A stretch of 64,000 bases of DNA from an uncultured bacterium. Lineage in GTDB: Bacteria > Abyssobacteria > SURF-5. The notes under the pieces were generated by a model, which did no database searches, was not told the DNA's origin, and was given only the letters and a program-made list of their open reading frames with translations. Shown here in pieces: positions 1 through 9,145 of this stretch (position 1 is the stretch's first letter; each line of letters opens with the position of its first letter). Position numbers and translations under genes: made by a program. The stretch spans positions 79,895 through 143,894 of the forward strand of contig CAZSKP010000009.1 in the NCBI GenBank assembly GCA_964607485.1. The letters are read 5' to 3'.

Positions 1-1648
1 TGGTTCGCATGTCCCAACGCCGCAGAACCTCAACGGCCTCTCTCACCACAGGGTCGGTCGAAGGAGGCGCGGCGAGTATTGCTTTCACATATTGCGCCAC
101 CCACGATTTCTCTGAGTACGCCATATCATACTTGTATGCGTAAAAATCCTCCTCTGTGATGGAATCATCGGCCCCGAACAGCTCAAGGGCACGCAGGGCG
201 CGGTTGGTCATTCGGCTCTCAATCCCGAGCGTAGGCGAATAATCCTCCGGTTTCGGGTTGTCGGGCCCAACCGTCGCGTGGAACGGCGAGCTGTTGCAGC
301 TTATCACGAAGCCGGACGCGGGATTTTTCACCTGCGGCAGGCGTTCGAGCGGCACATACTCTGTCCACAACGTCTCCGAAGTATTGCCGGGAAGATAGTC
401 TTTCCAGTTGTATCCCTCTGCACGCACGGGAATGAGACCGTTATAAAGATAATAGATGTTTCCCTCGCGGTCGGCATAGACCAGATTGAACATCTGGATT
501 GCCATGATGCGCATCGCATCAAGCCACTCGTCGAACGTGCTCGCCTTGTTCATGCGATACCACTGCTCTATCTGGCGGAGCTCCCCCATGCCCGCGAACC
601 GAATCGCGTACGTGCCGTGTGGCTGCCTGAGCACCGGTCCGTAAACTGACCAAAGGACCTCGCGCTTGAAGGTCCAGCTAATCGGGCCGAGCAGCTTCAC
701 CTCGATGGGAGCGGTCCGGACTTCGAGGTCGCGCCATTCGCCGTCGAATCGGTACTGATATGGGTTGTCCGGATTCATCTCGAGCACATAAACGTCAATA
801 AGGTCGGGCCGGTTGACCGTCATGGCCCAGCCAAGGTCTCGGTTGTGTCCGTGAAATATGACCGGGCTGCCAGGGAACACGCCTCCCGTCATGTCCCATC
901 CTTGTTCGCTGTGGAGGTGAACCTCATACCATGCGACAGGGCCGTCCCACGGCTGATGAGAGTTGACGGCCAGGCGCGTCTTGCCGTCGGCCGAACGGGC
1001 CGGGGCCACGGCGAAGGCGTTCGAGCCCGGCACGAATTCCGAGAGCGGAATCCAAGCGCCTGCTCGCGAAGCCGCCTTGCGCGAGACTTGTCGCTTGCGT
1101 TCCGGCCCGGTTATTTCCTTAAGCGTCTCATCAATACCGAAGAAGAGCGGCACTTTATGAACGAATCCCGCAACAATGTCCTTTCCTCGAATCGGAAGCA
1201 CGCCCGGCCTGGCCGCTCCCGGGTGTAGCTCAGCGTATCGGTTCGCACCCGCGGCGTACGCTTCGCAAATCGCGCGCACTTCAGGGCTGAGGTCCGTTTC
1301 ATATTTCTCGTTCACCACGTCCCATATACGGAGGAGATGAACCATATAATCGTTGGCGGCGGCCTTGCGCCCATAAACGGAGGCCAGCCGGCCGCGCGCG
1401 GCTAAGAGCGAGTCCTGCATTGTGTCGAAGTCGTCCTCGGCATGGGCATAGGCCAGCCCGTAGGCGACATCGGCATCCGTCTTGCCGAAGATGTGCGGCA
1501 CTCCCCACGTATCTCTCAGGATGCGGACATCATACTCACGTGGAGCGCTTGAGCGGCCGGGTTTGTCGAATGCCCCTCCTTCGTGAGAAACGAAAGACAG
1601 TGCGCCGAGTAGAAACAGAATGGTGCCTGCAAAGATCGCTTTCCGCAT
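1..1648 (-). CDS. Penicillin acylase / Ntn-hydrolase family protein, partial (runs off window start)
   Basis: Not in the ORF track; translated by hand from ATG 1648 (AGGAG upstream). Signal peptide MRKAIFAGTILFLLGALSF, then RILRDTWGVPHIFGKTDADVAYGLAYAHAEDDF, the beta-subunit start GSNAFAVAPARSADGKTRLAVNSHQPW, and GHNRDLGWAMTVNRPD. Confidence 0.92.
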   Translation of the reverse strand, partial: MRKAIFAGTILFLLGALSFVSHEGGAFDKPGRSSAPREYDVRILRDTWGVPHIFGKTDADVAYGLAYAHAEDDFDTMQDSLLAARGRLASVYGRKAAANDYMVHLLRIWDVVNEKYETDLSPEVRAICEAYAAGANRYAELHPGAARPGVLPIRGKDIVAGFVHKVPLFFGIDETLKEITGPERKRQVSRKAASRAGAWIPLSEFVPGSNAFAVAPARSADGKTRLAVNSHQPWDGPVAWYEVHLHSEQGWDMTGGVFPGSPVIFHGHNRDLGWAMTVNRPDLIDVYVLEMNPDNPYQYRFDGEWRDLEVRTAPIEVKLLGPISWTFKREVLWSVYGPVLRQPHGTYAIRFAGMGELRQIEQWYRMNKASTFDEWLDAMRIMAIQMFNLVYADREGNIYYLYNGLIPVRAEGYNWKDYLPGNTSETLWTEYVPLERLPQVKNPASGFVISCNSSPFHATVGPDNPKPEDYSPTLGIESRMTNRALRALELFGADDSITEEDFYAYKYDMAYSEKSWVAQYVKAILAAPPSTDPVVREAVEVLRRWDMRT

Positions 1649-1699
1649 AATCATCTCCTAACCAGGCCAGACTCTCCTGTCCGACCGCCCGATTCTGTT

Positions 1700-3412
1700 T
1701 CAATGTATTACAGCACCCTCTGCGGCGGAACTCGCGACTTCCGCATATCGGGCCAGATATCCCTTGCTTACCCTCGCAGGCGGGCGCTTCCATTGCTTCG
1801 CTCTCTTTTCGAGCTCTCCGGCGGTGAGATTTACATCGAGCCGCCGAGCATCGATGTCTATCGAGATGATGTCGGAGTCTTTGACGAGCGCGAGCGGGCC
1901 GCCGTCGGCCGCTTCGGGAGAGAGATAGCCGATGCACGGGCCGCCCGTGTAGCCGGAATACCTGCCGTCGGTGATGAGATAGACCTTGTCGAGCAGCCCG
2001 ACAAATTTCAGGAGAGACCGGAACATCTGCATTTCACGCATGCCGGGGCCGCCCTTTGGGCCTTCGTATCGGATTATGATAACATCGCCCGCCTTGAGCT
2101 GTTGAGACATGAGCGCCTGCGTGGCGTCTTCCTCGCAGTCGAACACGCGCGCCGGACCCTTGAATTTCCATAGCTTCTCCGGGACTGCGACCTGCTTGAT
2201 GACCGCGCCACGCGGCGCCAGACTTCCCTTCAAGACGGCGACGCCTCCGTATGGGTGTACGGGCGATTCTACAGTCTTGATGACGTCGTCATTGAAGACC
2301 TCGGTCGAACGGAGGTTGTCGCGCACGCTGCGGCCGGTGACGGTGAGGGCGTCCAGCTCGATCTTGCTCTCGAGGCGCTTCATTACAGCCGGTATGCCGC
2401 CTGCCTCTTCCAAGTCAGTGAGCGTGTGCGGGCCCGAGGGCTCGATGTTGCACAGATGCGGCGTCGAGCGCGAAATCGCATCGAATGCGTCCAATTCGAT
2501 TCGCATGCCCAGCTCATGCGCAATTGCGGGTATGTGGAGCACCGTGTTCAGAGAGCCGCCGATTGCCATGTTGATACTGAGCATGTTGTCAAATGCCGAC
2601 TTGGTCATTATCTTCGACGGCGTGAGCCCTTCCTTGAGCAGACCCATGACCCGCTTGCCCGCTTCGACCGCAAGCCGTTCCTTCTTCGCGGTAGTGGCGT
2701 GGGCGGTGCCGTCGCCCGGGAGCGACATGCCGACTGCCTCAGTCAGGCACGCCATGGTGTTTGCGGTTCCCATTCCATAGCACGCGCCGGCGCATGGATA
2801 GATGCAGGCCGTCAGTTCTTCGAGTTGATCCTCTGAGAGCTCTCCTCGGTTCAGACGCTCCGCGACGATATCCATCGCGTCCTCGCCCCAGCGGAGCTTG
2901 AGCCGCGGCCAGTAGCCGGGGAACATCGGCCCGCCCGCCACTACGATGGCCGGTATGTCCACTCTCGCCGCGGCCATCAGGAGGCCGGGGATTATCTTGT
3001 CGCATGACCCGATAAGCACCATCGCGTCGTAGCGATGCGCTTCCACTGTGAGTTCCACCGAATCGGCGATCACCTCGCGGCTGGGCAATACGTAGCGCAT
3101 GCCGGAGTGGCCGATTGTCAGGCCGTCACAGAGGCTGATTGTGTTGAATTCGGCCGGCATGCCGCCATGCATGAGGATGCCTTCCTTCACCTTGGCCGCG
3201 ATCCTGTTGAGATGAAAGTGGCCCGGGTGAAGCTCATTCCATGTGTTTACGACGGCGACAAGCGGCTTCTCGACCTGCTCGCGTGTGAATCCGACGGCAT
3301 AGAGCAGCGCCCTGTGGCCGCGGGCAGTCGGGTCAGAGCCAATATACGTCTGGCTGCGTTGTTTTCCGGTGCTCATGACTTCATTCCTTTCCAGCTTTTC
3401 GAGCTCATGCAT
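1700..3412 (-). CDS. ilvD: Dihydroxy-acid dehydratase (IlvD/Edd family), divergent
   Basis: Motifs PGHFHL, CDG, SREVIADSVE, CDKIIPG, CYGMGTANT, YEGPKGGPGMREM, TDGRYSG, SPEAADGGP. Start may be a downstream Met (MSTGK). Confidence 0.85.
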   Translation of the reverse strand: MHELEKLERNEVMSTGKQRSQTYIGSDPTARGHRALLYAVGFTREQVEKPLVAVVNTWNELHPGHFHLNRIAAKVKEGILMHGGMPAEFNTISLCDGLTIGHSGMRYVLPSREVIADSVELTVEAHRYDAMVLIGSCDKIIPGLLMAAARVDIPAIVVAGGPMFPGYWPRLKLRWGEDAMDIVAERLNRGELSEDQLEELTACIYPCAGACYGMGTANTMACLTEAVGMSLPGDGTAHATTAKKERLAVEAGKRVMGLLKEGLTPSKIMTKSAFDNMLSINMAIGGSLNTVLHIPAIAHELGMRIELDAFDAISRSTPHLCNIEPSGPHTLTDLEEAGGIPAVMKRLESKIELDALTVTGRSVRDNLRSTEVFNDDVIKTVESPVHPYGGVAVLKGSLAPRGAVIKQVAVPEKLWKFKGPARVFDCEEDATQALMSQQLKAGDVIIIRYEGPKGGPGMREMQMFRSLLKFVGLLDKVYLITDGRYSGYTGGPCIGYLSPEAADGGPLALVKDSDIISIDIDARRLDVNLTAGELEKRAKQWKRPPARVSKGYLARYAEVASSAAEGAVIH

Positions 3413-3505
3413 CGCCGATCAGAATCTCCTGTTTTTCATAGACTATACGTCATCCCATGCGCAACTGGCAAACAGCTGTTGGCACAATGCCGATTTCAAG
3501 CCCGT

Positions 3506-3535
3506 TTGACTCCCTCTCGCGGGGAATGATAGAAT
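3506..3535 (+). promoter_or_regulatory. sigma70-type promoter for the MFS gene
   Basis: TTGACT (3506-3511), 18 nt, TAGAAT (3530-3535), with an extended -10 TG. Confidence 0.55.
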
Positions 3536-3624
3536 GCGACGCCTGTTTCGGAGAACGGTCAATCCTCTGCAAGGTCCGCGGTCGTTCTGATAACCGCTCT
3601 GCTTCCGGGAGTACACGCCACGCC

Positions 3625-4932
3625 ATGACAGAAAGCAAATCCGCACCGTCCTCTTCGGTTGCGCCTCCGTCGGCACTGATGGCCCACACGACGCTGGGCA
3701 TCCTCTTCATGATGAACCTCCTGAACTACATCGACCGGAGTGTTCTCAACGGGATGCTGCCGCTCATCAAGGACGAATGGGGCCTCTCCGACCGGTCGCT
3801 GGGGCTCCTCGTTTCGGCTTTTGCGGTCACCTACATGTTCGCCTCCCCGGTGTTCGGATGGATCGGCGACCGCTACGTGCGCAAGTGGATCGCCGGAGGG
3901 GCGGTGGCCGTCTGGAGCGTTGTGACGGCGGGCGCCGCGCTGTCACGCAGCTTCGCCCAACTGTTCGGGCTACGGCTGATCCTCGGCGTCGGCGAGGCTG
4001 GCTATGCCACCGTCGCGCCGACAATAATCACCGACCTCTACCCGCGCGAGAGCCGGTCGAGGATGCTCGCCTTCTTCTACGTCGCGATCCCCGTCGGCTA
4101 CGCGCTCGGCTATATCCTCGGAGGAGAACTCGGCGTCAGATTCGGGTGGCGCGCAGCGTTTCTGATTGTCGGGCTCCCCGGGCTCCTCATGGCGCTCTCT
4201 ATCCTGTTCGTCCGTGAGCCGGTCCGGGGCCAGAGCGAGGAGGTCGATGCCGAGCAACTATCGCAGTATCTGAACACGTCGCTCCCGCCATCGGCGTACC
4301 TTGAGCTTCTGCGCAACAAGTCGTACGTCTACGACACGATTGGGATGATACTGATGACGTTCGCGACGGGCGGGCTCGCCGCGTGGATGCCGACCTACTT
4401 CTACCGCATCAGAGGAATCGAACTCGAAAAAGCGGCCACGTACTTCGGCGCCGCGACGCTGGCCGCGGGCATTGTGGGCACGTTCTTCGGCGGCTGGCTC
4501 GCCGACCGGCTCCAGCGCCGCTACAAGAGCGCGTACTTTATGGTGTCGGGCGTGGGCATGGTGCTGAGCGTCCCGTGCGCCTTCGTCGCCCTTTACGCAA
4601 AGACGCCGCTCGTCTACTGGATCGCGGTATTCTGGGCGGAGTTCTTCCTTTTCGTCAACACGGGGCCCGCGAACGCGATACTCATCAACGTCGTGATGCC
4701 GAAGATGCGCGTCACGGCGTTCGCCATCAACATCTTTCTGATCCACGCGCTGGGCGATGTGCTGTCGCCGGGCATCGTGGGCTGGGTGTCGGACGCTACG
4801 AACCTGAACTTCGCGCTCATCTCGGTCCTTCCGGTCACGATGGTGCTGAGCGGGGTCTTCTATCTTGCGGGAATGCGCCACCTGGAGCCGGACACGCAAC
4901 GGGTAACGGAGAGAATCAAGGCGGCGCATTGA
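3625..4932 (+). CDS. Spinster-like MFS transporter
   Basis: NLLNYIDRS, MFS motif A GWIGDRYVRK, GVGEAGYATVAPTIITDLYP, IHALGDVLSP; about 12 hydrophobic segments. Start moved to ATG 3625, downstream of the promoter. Confidence 0.88.
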   Translation: MTESKSAPSSSVAPPSALMAHTTLGILFMMNLLNYIDRSVLNGMLPLIKDEWGLSDRSLGLLVSAFAVTYMFASPVFGWIGDRYVRKWIAGGAVAVWSVVTAGAALSRSFAQLFGLRLILGVGEAGYATVAPTIITDLYPRESRSRMLAFFYVAIPVGYALGYILGGELGVRFGWRAAFLIVGLPGLLMALSILFVREPVRGQSEEVDAEQLSQYLNTSLPPSAYLELLRNKSYVYDTIGMILMTFATGGLAAWMPTYFYRIRGIELEKAATYFGAATLAAGIVGTFFGGWLADRLQRRYKSAYFMVSGVGMVLSVPCAFVALYAKTPLVYWIAVFWAEFFLFVNTGPANAILINVVMPKMRVTAFAINIFLIHALGDVLSPGIVGWVSDATNLNFALISVLPVTMVLSGVFYLAGMRHLEPDTQRVTERIKAAH

Positions 4933-5011
4933 TTTCGGCTCTGCGTGGCGTATAATAGTGAAGATGGTTCCCGCGACCTACGCGGCTGCGACGCACGCGT
5001 GCTCGAGAGTG

Positions 5012-5047
5012 AGTCATTCCGACGCCGATCACATACACGTCTCTCAT
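5012..5047 (-). pseudogene. N-terminal stub of a thiolase-family gene
   Basis: A purine-rich RBS (GAGAGGGA) precedes ATG 5047, which encodes MRDVYVIGVGMT, the typical first strand of SCP2/archaeal-type thiolases. Similarity ends immediately afterwards. Confidence 0.45.
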
Positions 5048-5339
5048 CGTATTCCCTCTCTCTCCGAACCTTCCTCTTCCTGGCCGTAGAGGGCTCACAC
5101 CGCAGCTGGGACACTTCCGCCACTATGCTAGTACATTTAGCGGCTGAAATCAAGAATGGAAGACGAAAACTCGATCTGCAAACAACGATATTTGAACGGT
5201 CGGGTGGGTGGAAATTACACTCTGAAAAGGGCATAGGAGTGAAGGTTTGAGCAATATTCTCAAACTCTATCCCCTCCGCTTATGCTGCTGAATGGACATT
5301 GGCTCATGGGAGTGTTGGTCCACAGTGCCAATAGCAGAC

Positions 5340-6470
5340 TTATTTCCCTTTTCGTTTTTCCAGCAAAGAGAGCTGGTAAATATCGCCGAATTTGTTTGCT
5401 AGCTTGAACACTTTTCCATTCAAGGGATTCCTAGAATAGAAATAAAGACCGCACGGCTCAAGGGAATCAATGAGACGCAGCTTCGTATAGTTGTCGATCA
5501 GGCTGTAGTGAACACGCTTGATATTATTTTTGATCGCATAGTCAAGCGAAGCTACAATTACGCGTTCGTAGGCAAAGCTCTTCCGGGAATGGTCACGGTT
5601 GAATCCTCCCAGGACTCCTCCCATATCCGAACCGCTGACCTGAAATGTATGGAACCCGGCAATCGTGCCATCTACACGGACGAGAATATGGAGATACTTG
5701 TTTGAGTTGAAAATGTCCGTTTCAAATATATTGTCCTCAAAGAATTTCTGGCAGGGAGTGTTGACTCTGCTGTGTTCAACTGAGCATTTAATACAGGCCT
5801 TTACCTGCTCTTTATCCGTATCCGACATCGGGCCTTGCTGAACCTCGCAAGCTGTGGATTCTTTTCTTCTGGACAGATTCTTCTTGAGACTTCGGTGTTC
5901 ACCGAGATATTCGGATATGTCTTTGTACCTTGTCGCATCAAGCAATGCTTCTGAGGGAGAGGGATACTTTACAAAGCCTTCAGTTTGATAGATATCATCA
6001 TGGGCTGATGTGTCAACGATTGTAACCATATCCGCTTCTTTTTCATTCTTCAAATATCTTAGAATGGTCTTCATGATAACGTCTGCCATTTCCGGTTCCC
6101 GGTAAAAGAATGGCCTCGTAAGATTTGATGTGATTAAATTGCGAAAAGATAAATAGACGCAGTTATTGGCAAGTACTGATAGACCCCCAGCCAATTGTCT
6201 CAGAAATGGGTTGTCTCTTAACGCTGAATAGGAAGACCGGAGATCAAATGGCTGGACCTTTACGAAAAGGCCAAGTCCTATTAACTCATCATCCCTACAA
6301 ACCTTCAAATAGAAGAAGCCTACACGGGAAGTTGATCTTGCGACCCATTCACCGAAGAGATCCCAGACATTATCGGACAGTCCCTGCTGCTTGAGATGTA
6401 ATGAGAATACCTGCTTCTCTTGTTCTGTCAGTGCCGTCTCTTTTGTGCAGTATTCATTATTCATAGTCAT
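5340..6470 (-). CDS. Hypothetical protein with probable double GNAT (FemAB-like) fold
   Basis: 376-aa ORF in visibly AT-richer DNA. C-terminal LVRVDGTIAGF...GGFNRD...YERVIVASLDYAIKNNIKRV resembles an acyl-CoA N-acyltransferase fold. Confidence 0.55.
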   Translation of the reverse strand: MTMNNEYCTKETALTEQEKQVFSLHLKQQGLSDNVWDLFGEWVARSTSRVGFFYLKVCRDDELIGLGLFVKVQPFDLRSSYSALRDNPFLRQLAGGLSVLANNCVYLSFRNLITSNLTRPFFYREPEMADVIMKTILRYLKNEKEADMVTIVDTSAHDDIYQTEGFVKYPSPSEALLDATRYKDISEYLGEHRSLKKNLSRRKESTACEVQQGPMSDTDKEQVKACIKCSVEHSRVNTPCQKFFEDNIFETDIFNSNKYLHILVRVDGTIAGFHTFQVSGSDMGGVLGGFNRDHSRKSFAYERVIVASLDYAIKNNIKRVHYSLIDNYTKLRLIDSLEPCGLYFYSRNPLNGKVFKLANKFGDIYQLSLLEKRKGK

Positions 6471-6730
6471 GCATCGCTCAAAAGGTAAAGCAGTGCAATT
6501 GGTGGAAGGCGTCTCGGCGCGTGCGAATGGTGCTTGCGGAGAAGTATATCAAAAGCCGGCGGTTTTTTCATGAAAATGAGTTAAGAGTGGAAAACGAGAA
6601 CCCGAGCTGCAAACGGCGATATGTGAGCGATCGGATGGGTGATGCCTTCACTCTAGAATACGAGAGGTCGGAACAGAATGAAGCTTCGGACGCCGAGCTG
6701 GTGTCTCCCTGGTGGGAGGCATAAAGAAAT

Positions 6731-7255
6731 TCAGAGAAGATACTCCATCACGAGGACATCGACGAACTCGTCTCTTATCCTGGCATGGCTCTTGAGGACG
6801 CCCATATCCTCATACCCCATTTTTTTGTAAAATTCCAGCTTCTCTCTGTTAAAGGAGTAGGCGAAGAACATGAGCTTCCGGTAGCCTTTTTTCCTGGCGA
6901 CCGTATGCACTCTTCTGGCGAGCTTGTTTCCGATGCCTCGCCCACGAAAATCCTTCTCGACCCAGATGGAGGGCACACCTATGTGTGAATATACCTCCTC
7001 CGGTGAATAAGGCTGCAAGGTGGTGAAGCCTATGACATACCCTCCAGAATCGGCCACAAGCACAGCTTCTCGATCGCTCAAGTTCCTGAACCAGGCAAGG
7101 CGCTCCCTGAGCGGGTGGGGAGTAATGTCCAGGACGGACTCGCGGTCAATGATGCCCTGGTTATGGATTTCGTTGATCTTTTGGACGTCCTGCATAACCG
7201 CTTCGCGAATGCGCAGTTTTTCGGGGCCATGTCTCACACGTTTCGATTGTGCCAT
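6731..7255 (-). CDS. GNAT N-acetyltransferase (phosphinothricin/arsinothricin ArsN1-like)
   Basis: IREA..D...I.EIHNQGIIDR N-terminus, acetyl-CoA motif FRGRGIG, FYKKMGY, and C-terminal DVLVMEYLL. Confidence 0.78.
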   Translation of the reverse strand: MAQSKRVRHGPEKLRIREAVMQDVQKINEIHNQGIIDRESVLDITPHPLRERLAWFRNLSDREAVLVADSGGYVIGFTTLQPYSPEEVYSHIGVPSIWVEKDFRGRGIGNKLARRVHTVARKKGYRKLMFFAYSFNREKLEFYKKMGYEDMGVLKSHARIRDEFVDVLVMEYLL

Positions 7256-7311
7256 GTTCGCATCTCCTTAGAAGGATTTCTCCTCGACGATGGCTGGTAG
7301 CATGTTGCCCC

Positions 7312-8043
7312 TTAGACGCCTGCCGCCAACCTCTCGACCAAATAAGTATTGAGGCCGGCTCTCTTCACCTTCCTTGCAGTCTTGGACACGTCATATTCCA
7401 ATCTAAAGAACTCGACAGTCATTTCACCGGAGTCGAAGATCCCGAAGCATGTCCGCGGGTCGCCGTCGCGAGGCTGGCCGAGCGCTCCGAAATTGATGAG
7501 ATAACTGTTTTTCCTGTTAAGCGTGTGCTTCTCATAGTTCTGCAGATCGTGGTCTGAGCCTTGACGGACAAACAACGAGGGAAGATGGCTGTGTCCAAAG
7601 AAGCAAATTTTGGCTGACATCCTGTCCATGATGGCAAATTGGCGCATCGAGTCCATCCAGTCAACTATGTAGTTATCGCGGTTCTCGGGCGAGCCATGCG
7701 CAAGCAAAATCGTCTTGTCCAATATCATTGTTCCCGGCAGGCTTCTCAGGTACTCGACATGTTTTGGCTCCAGCTTCTTTCTCGTCCAAAGCAATGCTTC
7801 CTTAGCTGCGGAGTTGAACCAATGGAGTCGCTCCAAGCCGCAGGCTGCGGCGTCGTGATTGCCCATTATCGACGCTATGTTCTCGCTCATGAATATCTCA
7901 ACACATTCGTTGGGATCTGCATTGTAGCCGACAATATCCCCCACGTGTACTGTGCAATCCACTCTCTGACGCTCTATTTCCTTCAGGACAATCTCAAGTG
8001 CCTCAAGATTGGAGTGGACATCGCATATGACTGCATAGCGCAC
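7312..8043 (-). CDS. Metallophosphoesterase (calcineurin-like) family protein
   Basis: DVHSN, GDIVGY, GNHD, HGSP, FFGHSH, GQPRDGDPR. Confidence 0.92.
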   Translation of the reverse strand: MRYAVICDVHSNLEALEIVLKEIERQRVDCTVHVGDIVGYNADPNECVEIFMSENIASIMGNHDAAACGLERLHWFNSAAKEALLWTRKKLEPKHVEYLRSLPGTMILDKTILLAHGSPENRDNYIVDWMDSMRQFAIMDRMSAKICFFGHSHLPSLFVRQGSDHDLQNYEKHTLNRKNSYLINFGALGQPRDGDPRTCFGIFDSGEMTVEFFRLEYDVSKTARKVKRAGLNTYLVERLAAGV

Positions 8044-8426
8044 TTGTGCTTCCCCTGCTTTCCTTTCATCCGGAGAGGAACAATCAAGGAGACTGTCTCT
8101 CCTGCAATAGGACGAAAAGCTGCCGCTTCTCCGCGCGTTCGGAGAACGACAGCTTACAATAACCTTTCCCCTTCCAAAACCTCTGCACCATCTTATCCCC
8201 TCCCAGGGCGAGGTCTCGAAGCTGAGAAAGCCACGTACTAGTCTTATATCACAACGCGCCGAACATTTCCAGCGGCAAGTGAAACTTCGGCCCGGAAAAG
8301 CGAGTCTCCCCTAGAACATGTCCGCTGTTTTTGGCATCCTTACATAAAGATATGTAGGATGCAGAAAGGGTCAATTCGAGGAATTTGAGGAGCAGCAGGT
8401 GCTTTCGACATAAGGAGGAATCGGCC

Positions 8427-8972
8427 ATGAAAGTGTTAACTTCGTTAGTGGCTATAGCTGTTGTGTTGAGCATGATTCTGACCGTACAGGCCTTCACCTC
8501 TCAGAGCGAAGCGGTGGCGTGGGGCTTGCCCCCGGGATTCAACCCGGAGACGGGGAAAATCGGGATGACGACCGAAGCGCCGGGTGTGTGCAAGGCGAGC
8601 AAGCTCGTCGGAATGACCGTGAAGAGTGCCTGGGGCGAACGGTTTGGGTCGGTCGAGGAAGTCGCGTTTGCCGACAACGGAGCAATCAAGTACCTGCTCG
8701 TGGACCGCGGAGACAAGGCCAAAAGCAATGAACGCCTCGTTCCGGTTCCCTGGAAGACCGCGGAAGCGGGAATCAGAGGAGACAGGCTTATCCTCGGCAT
8801 GAGCAAGGACAGATTCGAAAAGGCTCCGAGCTTCGCGATGGGCGACCGGGAAAAGCTCGCCGACCCCGCATGGAATAAGAAAGTCCACAGCTATTACGAA
8901 TCCGAAGAGATGAAAGGAGCGCGGCACGACCGTACCGAACGAGCGCAAATGTGTGCTCGGTACGAAAGGTAA
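8427..8972 (+). CDS. Secreted PRC-barrel domain protein
   Basis: AAGGAGG RBS before ATG 8427; signal peptide; ASKLVGMTVKSAWGERFGSVEEV...YLLV...LVPVPW...FEKAPSF. Confidence 0.85.
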   Translation: MKVLTSLVAIAVVLSMILTVQAFTSQSEAVAWGLPPGFNPETGKIGMTTEAPGVCKASKLVGMTVKSAWGERFGSVEEVAFADNGAIKYLLVDRGDKAKSNERLVPVPWKTAEAGIRGDRLILGMSKDRFEKAPSFAMGDREKLADPAWNKKVHSYYESEEMKGARHDRTERAQMCARYER

Positions 8973-8998
8973 CTACTGAGCCGAATCAAGACGCAACG

Positions 8999-9062
8999 GG
9001 GGCTTGGCGCCGATTTCGCTATCGAACCGGTGGTGGGAGAAGCGCCGAGCCCCTCTTGTTTC
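8999..9062 (+). terminator. Long-loop GC-rich hairpin, possible terminator
   Basis: GGGGCTTGGCGC (8999-9010) pairs with GCGCCGAGCCCC (9042-9053; one G-U pair) and is followed by TCTTGTTTC. Confidence 0.4.
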
Positions 9063-9110
9063 TGCCTCGATTGTGTTCGCGGAACCCCTGAGACGGACTG
9101 AGTTTCCGTG

Positions 9111-9139
9111 TTGCAGATTTCCCGCCAAAATGGTATGAT
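9111..9139 (+). promoter_or_regulatory. sigma70-type promoter of the dxr operon
   Basis: TTGCAG (9111-9116), 17 nt, TATGAT (9134-9139), with an extended -10 TG. Confidence 0.6.
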
Positions 9140-9145
9140 TAAGCG

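Noticed and set aside
1219-1260. CCGGGTGTAGCTCAGC resembles a tRNA 5' end
   Set aside because: No anticodon arm, T arm or acceptor pairing follows, and it is the antisense of acylase codons.
3466-3485. AACAGCTGTT palindrome between ilvD and the MFS gene as an operator
   Set aside because: Only 10 bp, the flanks are not inverted, and no regulator is nearby.
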